From: Candidatus Cybelea sp.
GTDB lineage: Bacteria > Vulcanimicrobiota > Vulcanimicrobiia > Vulcanimicrobiales > Vulcanimicrobiaceae
Direction: 5' to 3'
DNA: 64,000 bases
NCBI GenBank assembly: GCA_036726365.1
Contig: DAIMCN010000012.1
Location: 3,730-67,729, forward strand
Below the pieces are notes generated by a model. That model was not told the DNA's origin, searched no databases, and was given only the letters and a program-made list of their open reading frames with translations. The position numbers and the translations under genes are program-made. Numbering within the stretch: the stretch's first letter is position 1; every line of letters starts with the position of its first letter. Positions 10,537 to 19,201 of the stretch are shown here, piece by piece.

Positions 10537-11752
10537 AGGCGCTGTCCTTCCCCAATCGCTCGCGACGGAATTCCTCGAGTTTGCGAATGAGTTCGGCGTC
10601 GATCTCGTCGGCGGTCGGCGCGGCCACTTCGGGCGCTTCGCCCGACGGTGACTCGCCCGTTGTCCGCTCCGCGCGCTCGGCTAAGTAACGCTCGCGCGCC
10701 TGGCTCGATTCGCTTTCGCTTGCAATGTCGAGTCGCCAACCGGTCAAGCGCGCCGCCAGCCGGACATTCTGTCCGTCGCGGCCGATTGCCAGCGAGAGTT
10801 GATAGTCCGGAACGATCACCAATGCGACGCCGTCGTCCTCGAAGAGCTCCACGTCGATCACCTTAGCCGGCGCCAGGGCATTCATAATGAACGTTGTGGC
10901 CGTCGGATCGTAGCGAATGATGTCGACTTTTTCGCCGCGTAAATTGTCGGTGACGTTCGCGATGCGGCTAGACTTCGGCCCCAAGCAGGCTCCGATCGGA
11001 TCGACTTCGGCACGATTGCTCCGAACCGCCACTTTCGAGCGGCTCCCCGGATCGCGTGCGATGGCCATGATCTCGACCGTACCATCGGCGATTTCGGGCA
11101 CCTCGAGCTCCAGCAGTCGCTGAACCAAGCCCTCCGCCGCACGCGACAGGATGACTTGCGGTCCTTTGGGAGATTTCTTGACGTCGAGCACGTAGGCGCG
11201 AATGAAATCGTTGATCCGGTAGTTCTCACCAGGAACTTGCTCGTCGAGGTACATGACGGCCTCGTCGCGCCCTTCCAGCGTGACGTACATGTTGCGTTGC
11301 TCGTAACGCTGGACCGTACCCGTAACCAAGTCGTTGAGCTTTCGCACGTACTTGTTATAAACGGTGTCCCGCTCGGCTTCACGGATGCGCTGAACGATCA
11401 CTTGCTTTGCAGTCTGGGCCGCAATACGCCCGAAATCTTTGGGTGTGACTTCTTCGTCGAAGAAATCGCCGGCCTGATAGGGCCGCCCAGCCTTCTTCAC
11501 CGAAATCTCGAGCTTCGGATCCTCTACCTCATCTACGACGGTGCGGCGATGAAAGACACGATAAGCGCCGGACTGCCGATCGACGATGACGATGGCGTTC
11601 GATTCCGTTCCGAAGTGACGTTTGTACGCCGTGAGGAGCGCCGCTTCGAGTGCTTCGAGCAACATCTCGAATGAGATATTCCGCTCTCTCGCGATATAGT
11701 GGAGAACGTCGATGAGCTTCTCTTCAGTTGCGGTGTTTTCTATTGTTGCCAT
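10535..11752 (-). CDS. nusA: Transcription termination/antitermination factor NusA
   Basis: Recognisable N-terminal domain, S1 and two KH domains (LAIGRDGQNVRLAARLTGW). Synteny rimP-nusA. Confidence 0.95.
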   Translation of the reverse strand: MATIENTATEEKLIDVLHYIARERNISFEMLLEALEAALLTAYKRHFGTESNAIVIVDRQSGAYRVFHRRTVVDEVEDPKLEISVKKAGRPYQAGDFFDEEVTPKDFGRIAAQTAKQVIVQRIREAERDTVYNKYVRKLNDLVTGTVQRYEQRNMYVTLEGRDEAVMYLDEQVPGENYRINDFIRAYVLDVKKSPKGPQVILSRAAEGLVQRLLELEVPEIADGTVEIMAIARDPGSRSKVAVRSNRAEVDPIGACLGPKSSRIANVTDNLRGEKVDIIRYDPTATTFIMNALAPAKVIDVELFEDDGVALVIVPDYQLSLAIGRDGQNVRLAARLTGWRLDIASESESSQARERYLAERAERTTGESPSGEAPEVAAPTADEIDAELIRKLEEFRRERLGKDSA

Positions 11753-12260
11753 GCATTTGTTTCCGTTGAAGTTTGTCGCGCTGGAAATCTATCCGAGGGT
11801 CGTATTCCAAACGTGCCGACTTGATCGTTGCGAGCGGCAGAAGCAGTTCGCCAGCGTCCGTTTCAACTACTACCGTCTCGCCACGCAGACCACGCAGGAT
11901 TCCACGATGAGTCTTGCCGCCGTTTACCGTGAGCGTCGTCACGATCCGCGCGCGTTGCCCGGCGAAGCGCTCGTAGTCGGCGCCCCGTAGCAGCGGCCGA
12001 TCCAGGCCCGCCGATTCGACTTCAAGCCTATACCCTTCGTCCAACGCTCCAAGGTTCGCGTTAATGTAAGCGGCGACGCGTTCGCACAGCTCCAGGTCGA
12101 CACCGCCGGAGCGATCGATGGTTACGCTCAATTCGAGTATGCCGCGAACCGGACGTGCGTGGTGCGCTACGATTTCGAGACCGTCAAACCGTTTATCGTG
12201 CGCGATCGCATCGAGTTGCTGTTCGAAAGCGACTGCGACCTTAGGAGCGCCTTTGCTCAT
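11724..12260 (-). CDS. rimP: Ribosome maturation factor RimP
   Basis: 178 aa immediately upstream of nusA, with a RimP-like YRLEVESAGLDRPL motif. Confidence 0.85.
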   Translation of the reverse strand: MSKGAPKVAVAFEQQLDAIAHDKRFDGLEIVAHHARPVRGILELSVTIDRSGGVDLELCERVAAYINANLGALDEGYRLEVESAGLDRPLLRGADYERFAGQRARIVTTLTVNGGKTHRGILRGLRGETVVVETDAGELLLPLATIKSARLEYDPRIDFQRDKLQRKQMHGNNRKHRN

Positions 12261-12647
12261 AATGGATCTTCGTGTTCTCTAGAAGCAGCGAAGCGCGGGA
12301 CTGTTCCCACGCTCCTTCTGGTTTCTCTCCAAAACCTTCGCCATTTGGAGGCCCTATCATTCTTCAGAAAAGGCCCGATTTAGACCCGATCGAGGTCACC
12401 TCTCGCGCATCCTATGCCTTTTCTAAAGTGCGACGGGCCGCAAGCCCACAGTGGGTGCGACCCCTCGCTCTGTTTTCCTAGGTTGCGATCGGCGCGCCGC
12501 CGGAGCACGTCCGGCTGCCGTGGGCGCGCACTTATGCGGCCCTATTTGGCGCGTGTATCGCGGGCCCGATGGCCCGGCGGATTTTGCGGTTCCAACCGCC
12601 CTCCTTCGTGACTGACGAAGTGTACCGGCCTTTCCCGGCACGATAAA

Positions 12648-12676
12648 ATTCTAATGCGACTAATGTCGAAATGCAA
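12648..12676 (-). promoter_or_regulatory. Candidate sigma70-type promoter for the rimP-nusA-infB operon
   Basis: The minus strand reads TTGCAT (12676-12671), a 17-nt spacer, then TAGAAT (12653-12648). It lies just downstream of the stop of the preceding gene and implies a ~380-nt leader. Confidence 0.4.
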
Positions 12677-12693
12677 GCGGGAAACGTGCCGCC

Positions 12694-14100
12694 TCACGGC
12701 GACGAGACAGGCGACGGTGCGTATGGAACCAATAATCGGCCGTCGCACGCCTGGGAGACGATCCCATCAACGATCGGCGCGACGCCCGCGTCAAACGGGC
12801 TGAGCGGCGCGTGCGCGCCGCCGCCGCCGCCAATCGTGATCTGCGTGCCGTTGACCGGACCCGCGTGCACGTTGTTTTGCACGTTGTACGAGCTCGGCTG
12901 CTCGGCGTATCCGCCGCGGATCGCCTGTGGATAGCGCACGAGCCATCCCGTGCATATCGTGGTGGGTCCCGCCTTGTGAGCATCCGTTACCCACATCTTC
13001 ACGCGCGCTTCGTTGCCGGTGTTGCGCACTTCGTAGATGTACTTGGTTCGCGCCAGCACTTCTGGCGGCGGCGTCGGTTCGAGCCGGCCGCGCAGCGAGT
13101 AGGTCGGCGTATACGACTTCGTCGTCGGGTGGACTGGATTATTTGGCAGAAGAGCGCGCAGTTTCGCGTTGATGTTGCGCGCGATCGGCGCCTTCGGTGC
13201 GGGAGTGATTCTCGGTCCGGGCGGCGGAGTCGGCGGTATCGCGATCGGGCGCGCCGGGGCGGCCTGTGCTTTGGTGGCACTGCCGGGGCGAGGACCCGGC
13301 GAGGCACCCCCGCTTGGACCCGGACTCGGTGCGGTCCCCGCCGTGCGCGCGACCGCCGCCGTGCTGGTGGGACTCGGGTTGGGCACGCCGGCACGCGTCG
13401 CCGGCAGGGCCGAAGCCCGGATGGCCGGCGCTGAACTAGGGGCCGCGCTGGCGCGCGCAATCGCGGCCGCCGTTGGTGACGCGCGCGGCAGCGCTGGCGC
13501 TGGTGTCGCCGCTTGCGCGCTGGGGCGGACGTTCGGTGCGGGATTCGGTGACGGACGCGCCGACGGCGCGCTGGTAGGAACCGGCGAGGGAGCCAGGGTC
13601 GGAGGCGGTTTGAGGGTTACGGCGACCGGCGCCACCGTCGGCACCGTTACCGGCGCCGCCGGAAGTTCGGTACGGGGTTGCGGCTCGAAGATATTCTGCG
13701 TCGGCTGCGGATTGGGTTGGGGCGTCTGCTGCGGAATCGGACGCGGGTTCGGAGGTGCAGTTGGTGCAGCGACCGCCAACTCATGGCGGTTAACCGGCAA
13801 ACGCTGGGTTTGCGGCTGCGCTAAGGGAGCGTGTTGGAGCGGTGCGATCGTTCGCACGTGCGGAACGGCCGCGGTCGCATGAACTGCAGCCGGCTGATTC
13901 GCAACGACGATCGGCGACGTGCGGCTGATTGTTACGACTTCTCCGCCTTGGACGCTCTCAGTCGCGCCTTGCTGCGACGAACTGACCAGCACGGTAAAGA
14001 GCAGCGCGGCCAACAGCGCATGCAAAAGCAGCGAGGCTAAGAAGCTCCCCGCGAGTCGCTCCGGATAGCGGCGGTCCCGCGGATCGCGCTCGAACTTCAC
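12694..14100 (-). CDS. Membrane-anchored proline/alanine-rich protein with TonB-like N-terminal anchor and unknown C-terminal domain
   Basis: GTG start. N-terminal TM FLASLLLHALLAALLFTVLV contains an SxxxH motif. A P/A-rich spacer of more than 250 aa follows, then a ~130-aa globular C-terminus (KYIYEVRNTGNEARVKMWVTDAH...) that does not look like TonB_C. Confidence 0.6.
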   Translation of the reverse strand: MKFERDPRDRRYPERLAGSFLASLLLHALLAALLFTVLVSSSQQGATESVQGGEVVTISRTSPIVVANQPAAVHATAAVPHVRTIAPLQHAPLAQPQTQRLPVNRHELAVAAPTAPPNPRPIPQQTPQPNPQPTQNIFEPQPRTELPAAPVTVPTVAPVAVTLKPPPTLAPSPVPTSAPSARPSPNPAPNVRPSAQAATPAPALPRASPTAAAIARASAAPSSAPAIRASALPATRAGVPNPSPTSTAAVARTAGTAPSPGPSGGASPGPRPGSATKAQAAPARPIAIPPTPPPGPRITPAPKAPIARNINAKLRALLPNNPVHPTTKSYTPTYSLRGRLEPTPPPEVLARTKYIYEVRNTGNEARVKMWVTDAHKAGPTTICTGWLVRYPQAIRGGYAEQPSSYNVQNNVHAGPVNGTQITIGGGGGAHAPLSPFDAGVAPIVDGIVSQACDGRLLVPYAPSPVSSP

Positions 14101-14171
14101 GGCGAGGAGTTAAGTGCGCTTAATCGAGCGCAGGAGCCTGCCGGCGTTCGCCGCACAAGGCTGGGTCGCGC

Positions 14172-15605
14172 ATGGAATCCATTTTACACAAGCGCACGAA
14201 GATCGTCGCAACCGTCGGCCCCGCCTCACGCGATCCCGGAATATTGCGCTCGCTTTACATCTCTGGGGCGAACGTACTGCGGCTGAACTTCTCACACGGC
14301 ACGCCCGAAGAGCACGGATACGTCATCGAGCGCGCGCGAGAGGTCTCGGCCGAGCTCGGCATTCACACGGCGTTGTTGCAAGACTTGCCGGGGCCGAAGG
14401 TGCGCACCGGTCCACTCGCGCAAGACGTCAAGTCGGTCCGTCTCGATCGCGGGGCGCGTTTTTTCATCAGCGCCGAGCCGGTCGCCGGAACGCAAGAGCG
14501 AGTCAGCACGACGTATCGCGATCTGGCCGCCGACGTCGCCATCGGCACGCGTCTCTACCTGCAAGATGGCCAGATCATTCTCCTCGTCATCGGAAAAAGT
14601 GCGAGCGAGATCGAAACGACCGTCGAGTTCGGCGGAGACTTGCGCCCCTCTCAAGGCATCAATTACCCCGATGGTACGCTGAACATTCCGTCGGTCACGA
14701 AGCGCGATCTCGAGTTCCTCGAGTTCGGCCTGGAACGCGGGGTTGATTACGTCGCTATATCATTCGTGCGCTCGGCTGAGGATGTCGAACGAGTCAAGGC
14801 TTTCATGGCCGAACGCAACAAGCGCGTCCCGGTCATCGCCAAAATCGAGAAGCACGAAGCGCTCGCGCAGCTGGACGCCATCATCGCGGCGTCGGACGGG
14901 ATCATGGTCGCGCGCGGCGATCTCGGGATCGAGATCCCGATAGAAACCGTCCCGATTATCCAGAAACAGATCATTGCGAAGTGCAATCGTGCGAGCAAGC
15001 CCGTCGTTACGGCTACTCAAATGCTCGAATCCATGATCGCTTCGCCTCGCCCCACGCGCGCGGAAGCCACCGACGTTGCTAATGCAATTCTCGACGGAAC
15101 GGATGCAGTCATGTTATCGGGCGAAACCGCGCTGGGCGCGTATCCGACGGAAGCGGTGCGTACGATGGCCGAGATCGCGCGGGAAGTCGAGAAGCACTAT
15201 CCGCACGCCTCACTGCGTGACCGGCGCTTAGAGAATTTCGAGCCTACGATCGCCTCGTCGGTCGCCGAAGCCGCGACGCGCGCCAGCGCCGAGTTGAACA
15301 TACCGTATATCGTTACCGGTACGACGACCGGAAATACGGCGCACCACATCGCGGCGTTTCGCCCGCAGGCGCGGATCGTGGCGCTGACGCCGGAGGAACG
15401 CGTCGCGCGCCGGTTGGCGCTGCTATGGGGAACGGAGTCGTTGCTCATCGACCCCTATTCCTCGATCGACGTGCTGCTATATATGACTGAGCGACAGATG
15501 GTCCACGAGGGGCTGGTGCGCTCCGGCGACCTGATCGCGTTCACCACTGGCATGCCGGTCGGGTCGGGCGGAACGAACGTGCTAAAAATTCACCAGATTC
15601 CTTAG
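14172..15605 (+). CDS. pyk: Pyruvate kinase
   Basis: N-terminus KRTKIVATVGPAS, plus MVARGDLGIEIP and a full-length 477 aa. Confidence 0.95.
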   Translation: MESILHKRTKIVATVGPASRDPGILRSLYISGANVLRLNFSHGTPEEHGYVIERAREVSAELGIHTALLQDLPGPKVRTGPLAQDVKSVRLDRGARFFISAEPVAGTQERVSTTYRDLAADVAIGTRLYLQDGQIILLVIGKSASEIETTVEFGGDLRPSQGINYPDGTLNIPSVTKRDLEFLEFGLERGVDYVAISFVRSAEDVERVKAFMAERNKRVPVIAKIEKHEALAQLDAIIAASDGIMVARGDLGIEIPIETVPIIQKQIIAKCNRASKPVVTATQMLESMIASPRPTRAEATDVANAILDGTDAVMLSGETALGAYPTEAVRTMAEIAREVEKHYPHASLRDRRLENFEPTIASSVAEAATRASAELNIPYIVTGTTTGNTAHHIAAFRPQARIVALTPEERVARRLALLWGTESLLIDPYSSIDVLLYMTERQMVHEGLVRSGDLIAFTTGMPVGSGGTNVLKIHQIP

Positions 15606-15622
15606 GACGCGCTCCCTCGGAG

Positions 15623-17287
15623 CTAGCGTTTGAGCAGCGCACGCGCGTGGCGCAACGCCGCATCGTGCTTCTCGCCCGAAAGCATACGCGCGATTTCGCC
15701 TTCGCGCTCCTTGGTGCCGGAGATCGCGCGCACGGCAATCGTCGTTTGCTCGGCATCTTCGAACTTATCGAGCACATAGTGACGATCCGCCCAAGTCGCG
15801 AGCTGTGCGAGATGCGTCACACAAACGACTTGCTCGCGCCGGGACAGCTCGCCGATGCGAGCACCTACCGCCGTCGCCGTCGCGCCACCGATGCCGGCGT
15901 CGATTTCATCGAAGACCAAGGCTCCCTGCGCCTGCCGCACTTCGGCAAGCACGACGACGAGCGCGAGCAAAACGCGCGATAGCTCGCCGCCGGATGCGAC
16001 ACGCGCGAGCGGCCGCGCCGGTTCCCCGGCGTTTGCGGCGAAAAGAAACTCAACGTGTTCCGCTCCGCGTGCGCCGATGCGTTCGAGCGGTTCGAACGCG
16101 ACTTCAAACCGCGCGGAGCTCAGCGCCATTTCGGCAAACTCCGCAAGAACGCGCTCGCACAACGCCTTTGCAGCTTCGCGTCGTGCCGCAGTGAGGGCCA
16201 CGGCGGCGGCGTGCAGCTCGCGCTGCGCTTCGGCAACCTCGGTACGGTACCGGGCGAGTAACGCGTCACGGCTCTCGTACTCGTCAATGGCTTCGCGTGC
16301 GCGTTGGGCGTGCGCGACGAGCTCGTGGATATCGCCGCCATATTTGCGCTTGAGGCGGTCCAGAAGATCGAGACGCGCATTGATCGCTTCAAGCTCGGCC
16401 GGATCGAACTCCGTCGCCTCGAGCGCTCTCGCAACGTCGGCGGCCAAATCTCCCGCATCCGACTGCAACGCGGCGGCCTGTCGCGCCATAGCCTGCAGCT
16501 GGCCGCCGAATCGTTCCACGCCGGAGAGCGCGACGGCGGCCGAACCCAACGCTCCGCTCGCGCTGCGCTCGTCGCCCGCCAGCGCCTCGCGCGCCGCATG
16601 CAACGCGATCGCGATTCGCTCGACGTTATCAAGATATTTGCGCCGCTCGTTGAGCCGCTCGGCCTCGCCCGGCTCCAGCCGAGCTTCCTCGATTTCGCGA
16701 ACGGTAAGGCAGGCGTCGTCATACCGTTCGCGGGCACGACGTTCGTCGTGCGTCAGCGTTGCGAGCGCTTGGGCGGATGCTTCGGCGCGAGCATGAGCGA
16801 CCGCTACGGCATCCCTAAAACGCAACGCCGGCTCTCCGGCAAAGCGATCGAGGAGCTCCAGATGATACGCCGGCGAGAGCAACCGCTGCGCTTCGTGTTG
16901 ACCGACGATTTCCGCAATCGCATTCCCGATTTCGCGAACGTAAGCGGCCGTTGCGGGCCTGCCGTTGACGCGCAGGCTCGAACGCCCGGCTTCGGTCATC
17001 TCGCGCACGACGCTTCCCGCCTCCCCGGGATCGAGTTCGAAGCCGTCCGCGCGGAGTCGCTCGCGAAGGGACTCGTCGGGATCGAACGCCAGCGTGACGA
17101 CGGCTTTGCGCGTGCCTCGTCGGACCGCATCCGCCCCGGCCCGCGCTCCCAACGCAAAATCTAGCGCGCCAAGCAGCATCGTCTTACCGGAACCCGTCTC
17201 GCCCGTAAAGATCGTCGCGCCACCGGCGAACTCCACGTCGGCCCTCGCGATTAGACCGTAACTCTCGATCTGCAACCGCCGCAACAT
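15623..17287 (-). CDS. recN: DNA repair protein RecN
   Basis: The internal ATG at 17287 gives MLRRLQIESYGLI...FTGETGSGKTMLL (Walker A). There is a coiled-coil middle and a C-terminal LVFDEIDAGIGG. The longer ORF would overlap nadK. Confidence 0.9.
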   Translation of the reverse strand: MLRRLQIESYGLIARADVEFAGGATIFTGETGSGKTMLLGALDFALGARAGADAVRRGTRKAVVTLAFDPDESLRERLRADGFELDPGEAGSVVREMTEAGRSSLRVNGRPATAAYVREIGNAIAEIVGQHEAQRLLSPAYHLELLDRFAGEPALRFRDAVAVAHARAEASAQALATLTHDERRARERYDDACLTVREIEEARLEPGEAERLNERRKYLDNVERIAIALHAAREALAGDERSASGALGSAAVALSGVERFGGQLQAMARQAAALQSDAGDLAADVARALEATEFDPAELEAINARLDLLDRLKRKYGGDIHELVAHAQRAREAIDEYESRDALLARYRTEVAEAQRELHAAAVALTAARREAAKALCERVLAEFAEMALSSARFEVAFEPLERIGARGAEHVEFLFAANAGEPARPLARVASGGELSRVLLALVVVLAEVRQAQGALVFDEIDAGIGGATATAVGARIGELSRREQVVCVTHLAQLATWADRHYVLDKFEDAEQTTIAVRAISGTKEREGEIARMLSGEKHDAALRHARALLKR

Positions 17288-17303
17288 AAAGGTCTTAAGT
17301 TCG

Positions 17304-18140
17304 TTAACGACGAGGATCTTTAATCGAAACACCCCACAGCATCTTGGCTTCGAGCCGCTCCAAGAAATGCAGCGGCGTTGTCCGCGCAAAGTGGACGCGC
17401 TTGGGATGACACCGGATCATGACGCTCGTACTGGCGGCGACTTCGGCGAGCACGTCGCCGTCGCACTCGAGGTGCGCTTGCGCGCTTTCGAGGTCGCACG
17501 TGATTTCGATCTGGGAGGTGATCGGCACGATCAACGGTCGTGAAAAAAGCGTGTGAGGCAGCAGCGGAACAACGCCGAACGCTTCGACACTGGGTGCGAT
17601 CAGCGACCCGCCTGCCGACAAGAAGTAGGCAGTCGATCCGGTCGGCGTTGCCACACAAATGCCGTCCGCAGCGATGCGGGTGACGGCACCTTGCTCAAAA
17701 CGCAGCCCAAACGGAACGATGCGCGAGACTTCGCCTTTGCGCACTACGACGTCGTTGAGCGCGAAGAATCGTCGCCGGCCGTACTCGGCCTCGAGGGCGG
17801 TCCGTTCGTCCACGAAGAGTCCGCGCTCGACCAGCGCCGGGAGATCGGAAAGGCGCGGATCGTCTTCGTCGAGCTCCGTAAGAAAGCCTAAGCGACCGGT
17901 ATTGATGCCGAGCAACGGAATATCACCCTCGACCGCGATGCGCGCGGCGCGCAGCAGCGTGCCATCCCCACCAACGGTGATAAAAAGCGAGGCCGTCACT
18001 GCGCTCGACCCATCCAAGACCTCGAATCCGCCCGCGCGAAAATCCGAGGCCACGCGGCTGGCAATGGAGCGGGCGTGTTCGCGGGCCGTATCGACGTAGA
18101 GAGCGACGACCTTCTTCTGAATCGCGAGCATCGTTGTCAT
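17304..18140 (-). CDS. nadK: NAD(+) kinase
   Basis: GGDGTLLRAAR motif. The ATGA overlap with the tlyA stop is at 18137-18140. Confidence 0.9.
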   Translation of the reverse strand: MTTMLAIQKKVVALYVDTAREHARSIASRVASDFRAGGFEVLDGSSAVTASLFITVGGDGTLLRAARIAVEGDIPLLGINTGRLGFLTELDEDDPRLSDLPALVERGLFVDERTALEAEYGRRRFFALNDVVVRKGEVSRIVPFGLRFEQGAVTRIAADGICVATPTGSTAYFLSAGGSLIAPSVEAFGVVPLLPHTLFSRPLIVPITSQIEITCDLESAQAHLECDGDVLAEVAASTSVMIRCHPKRVHFARTTPLHFLERLEAKMLWGVSIKDPRR

Positions 18141-18901
18141 AGGTGGGGAACCTCTTCGTCGAGGACGGTCTCGATTCGTGCGTCCTCGAATGTAGGGCCG
18201 CCGCGCGTCAGCAGCATCAGAAACTCGCGGTTTCCCGCCGGCCCCAGCAACGGCGAGGCGGCCAGCGCGGCTGCCGACAGACCCAGAGCGACTGCGGCTT
18301 GACGAACCGCGCGTAAGACCGCGCCATGCGTTGCGCGGTCGCGTACTACGCCGCCCGAGCCGACGTTTCGGCGTCCGGCTTCAAACTGCGGCTTCACCAG
18401 TGCGACGATAACGCCATTATCGCGCAGATACGCCACCGCACGCTTCAAGATCGTTCGCAACGAGATGAAAGACGTGTCGATCACAATGACGTCGAATCCG
18501 ACCTGGAACGCATCGTCCGCAAGGAGACGAAAGTTCGTGCGCTCCATGACCCGAACGCGACGATCGTTGCGCAGCCCCCAGTCGAATTGGCCGTACCCAA
18601 CGTCGACGGCCGTGACACGTTTTGCGCCGTGCTGCAGGAGACAATCGGTGAAACCGCCGGTCGAGGCGCCGACGTCGAGCGCTTCGGCGTCGCGCACGTC
18701 GACGTTGAACGCGGTAAGCGCGTAATCGAGTTTCTCGCCACCGCGACTGACGAACCGCCGGGGTTGCGAGATCACGATCGTCGCGCCGTGCGCCACGTTC
18801 TGCCCCGCCTTCGTCGCGACCCTACCATCGATGCTGACGCGACCCTCCATAATGAGGCTACGCGCCTGCGAACGCGTGATGCCGCCGTGCTGCGCAACCA
18901 C
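18137..18901 (-). CDS. tlyA: TlyA-family rRNA 2'-O-methyltransferase (S4 + FtsJ-like)
   Basis: S4-like N-terminus, a SAM motif LDVGASTGGFTDCLL, and Firmicutes-like synteny upstream of recN. Confidence 0.85.
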   Translation of the reverse strand: MVAQHGGITRSQARSLIMEGRVSIDGRVATKAGQNVAHGATIVISQPRRFVSRGGEKLDYALTAFNVDVRDAEALDVGASTGGFTDCLLQHGAKRVTAVDVGYGQFDWGLRNDRRVRVMERTNFRLLADDAFQVGFDVIVIDTSFISLRTILKRAVAYLRDNGVIVALVKPQFEAGRRNVGSGGVVRDRATHGAVLRAVRQAAVALGLSAAALAASPLLGPAGNREFLMLLTRGGPTFEDARIETVLDEEVPHL

Positions 18902-18949
18902 GGTGTCAAGCCGGATTTTCGATAACCTCCTCAGGCGTTTGACTGCAGG

Positions 18950-19201
18950 CTAAAAGGGCAGCTCGTCGTTAGGCTCTTCACCCGTCGGCGCGTTGTTTGT
19001 GGGCTTCGCTTCCGATATCGCTTCGTCGATCTGCTCCTGAGCGTTCTTCAGAAGCGCTTCGCAGTCGCGCGCGAGCACTTTTCCTTCCTTGAATAGCTCC
19101 GTGGCACGCTGCAGCTCGACCGTACCACCTTCGAGTTCTTTGACGATCGAATCGATGCGTGCAAGCTTCTGTTCGAAGGTTTGGGGCAATCGGACGCTCA
19201 T
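18950..19201 (-). CDS. xseB: Exodeoxyribonuclease VII small subunit
   Basis: 83 aa with a typical FE..L..L..IV..LE.G...L motif. The ATGA overlap with the xseA stop is at 19198-19201. Confidence 0.85.
   Translation of the reverse strand: MSVRLPQTFEQKLARIDSIVKELEGGTVELQRATELFKEGKVLARDCEALLKNAQEQIDEAISEAKPTNNAPTGEEPNDELPF

Noticed and set aside
10317-10739. 140-aa ORF from the track between infB and nusA.
   Set aside because: It is Arg-rich, overlaps the nusA 3' end, and is in the wrong frame. A different frame of the same DNA encodes the recognisable YlxR motifs RTCVGCR and GRGAYLC.
12261-12660. Possible RNase P RNA, cobalamin riboswitch, tmRNA or SRP RNA in the rimP upstream region. The minus strand contains CCAAAUAGGG-NNN-CAUAAG, as in the E. 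coli M1 RNA P15-16 region, plus GGGAAAGGCCGGU and CCCACUGU.
   Set aside because: There is no GAGGAAAGUCCGGGC / ACAGAACCCGGCUUA P4 pair and no GGGUGAAAGGGUGCGGUAAGAGC-like region. The order of the elements is wrong for RNase P. The B12-box-like bits are too far apart and imperfect, and there is no tmRNA or SRP hallmark. I treated the matches as coincidental and report the region only as an unassigned structured leader.
14101-14171. Palindrome TTAAGTGCGCTTAA in the divergent region upstream of pyk, as a possible operator.
   Set aside because: The half-sites are short (5 bp), making it statistically unremarkable. It may simply overlap a -10-like CTTAAT.
15611-15623. Hairpin GCTCC-CTC-GGAGC between convergent pyk and recN, as a possible bidirectional terminator.
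   Set aside because: It has only a 5-bp stem and a 3-nt loop with no U-tract, so it is too weak to call.
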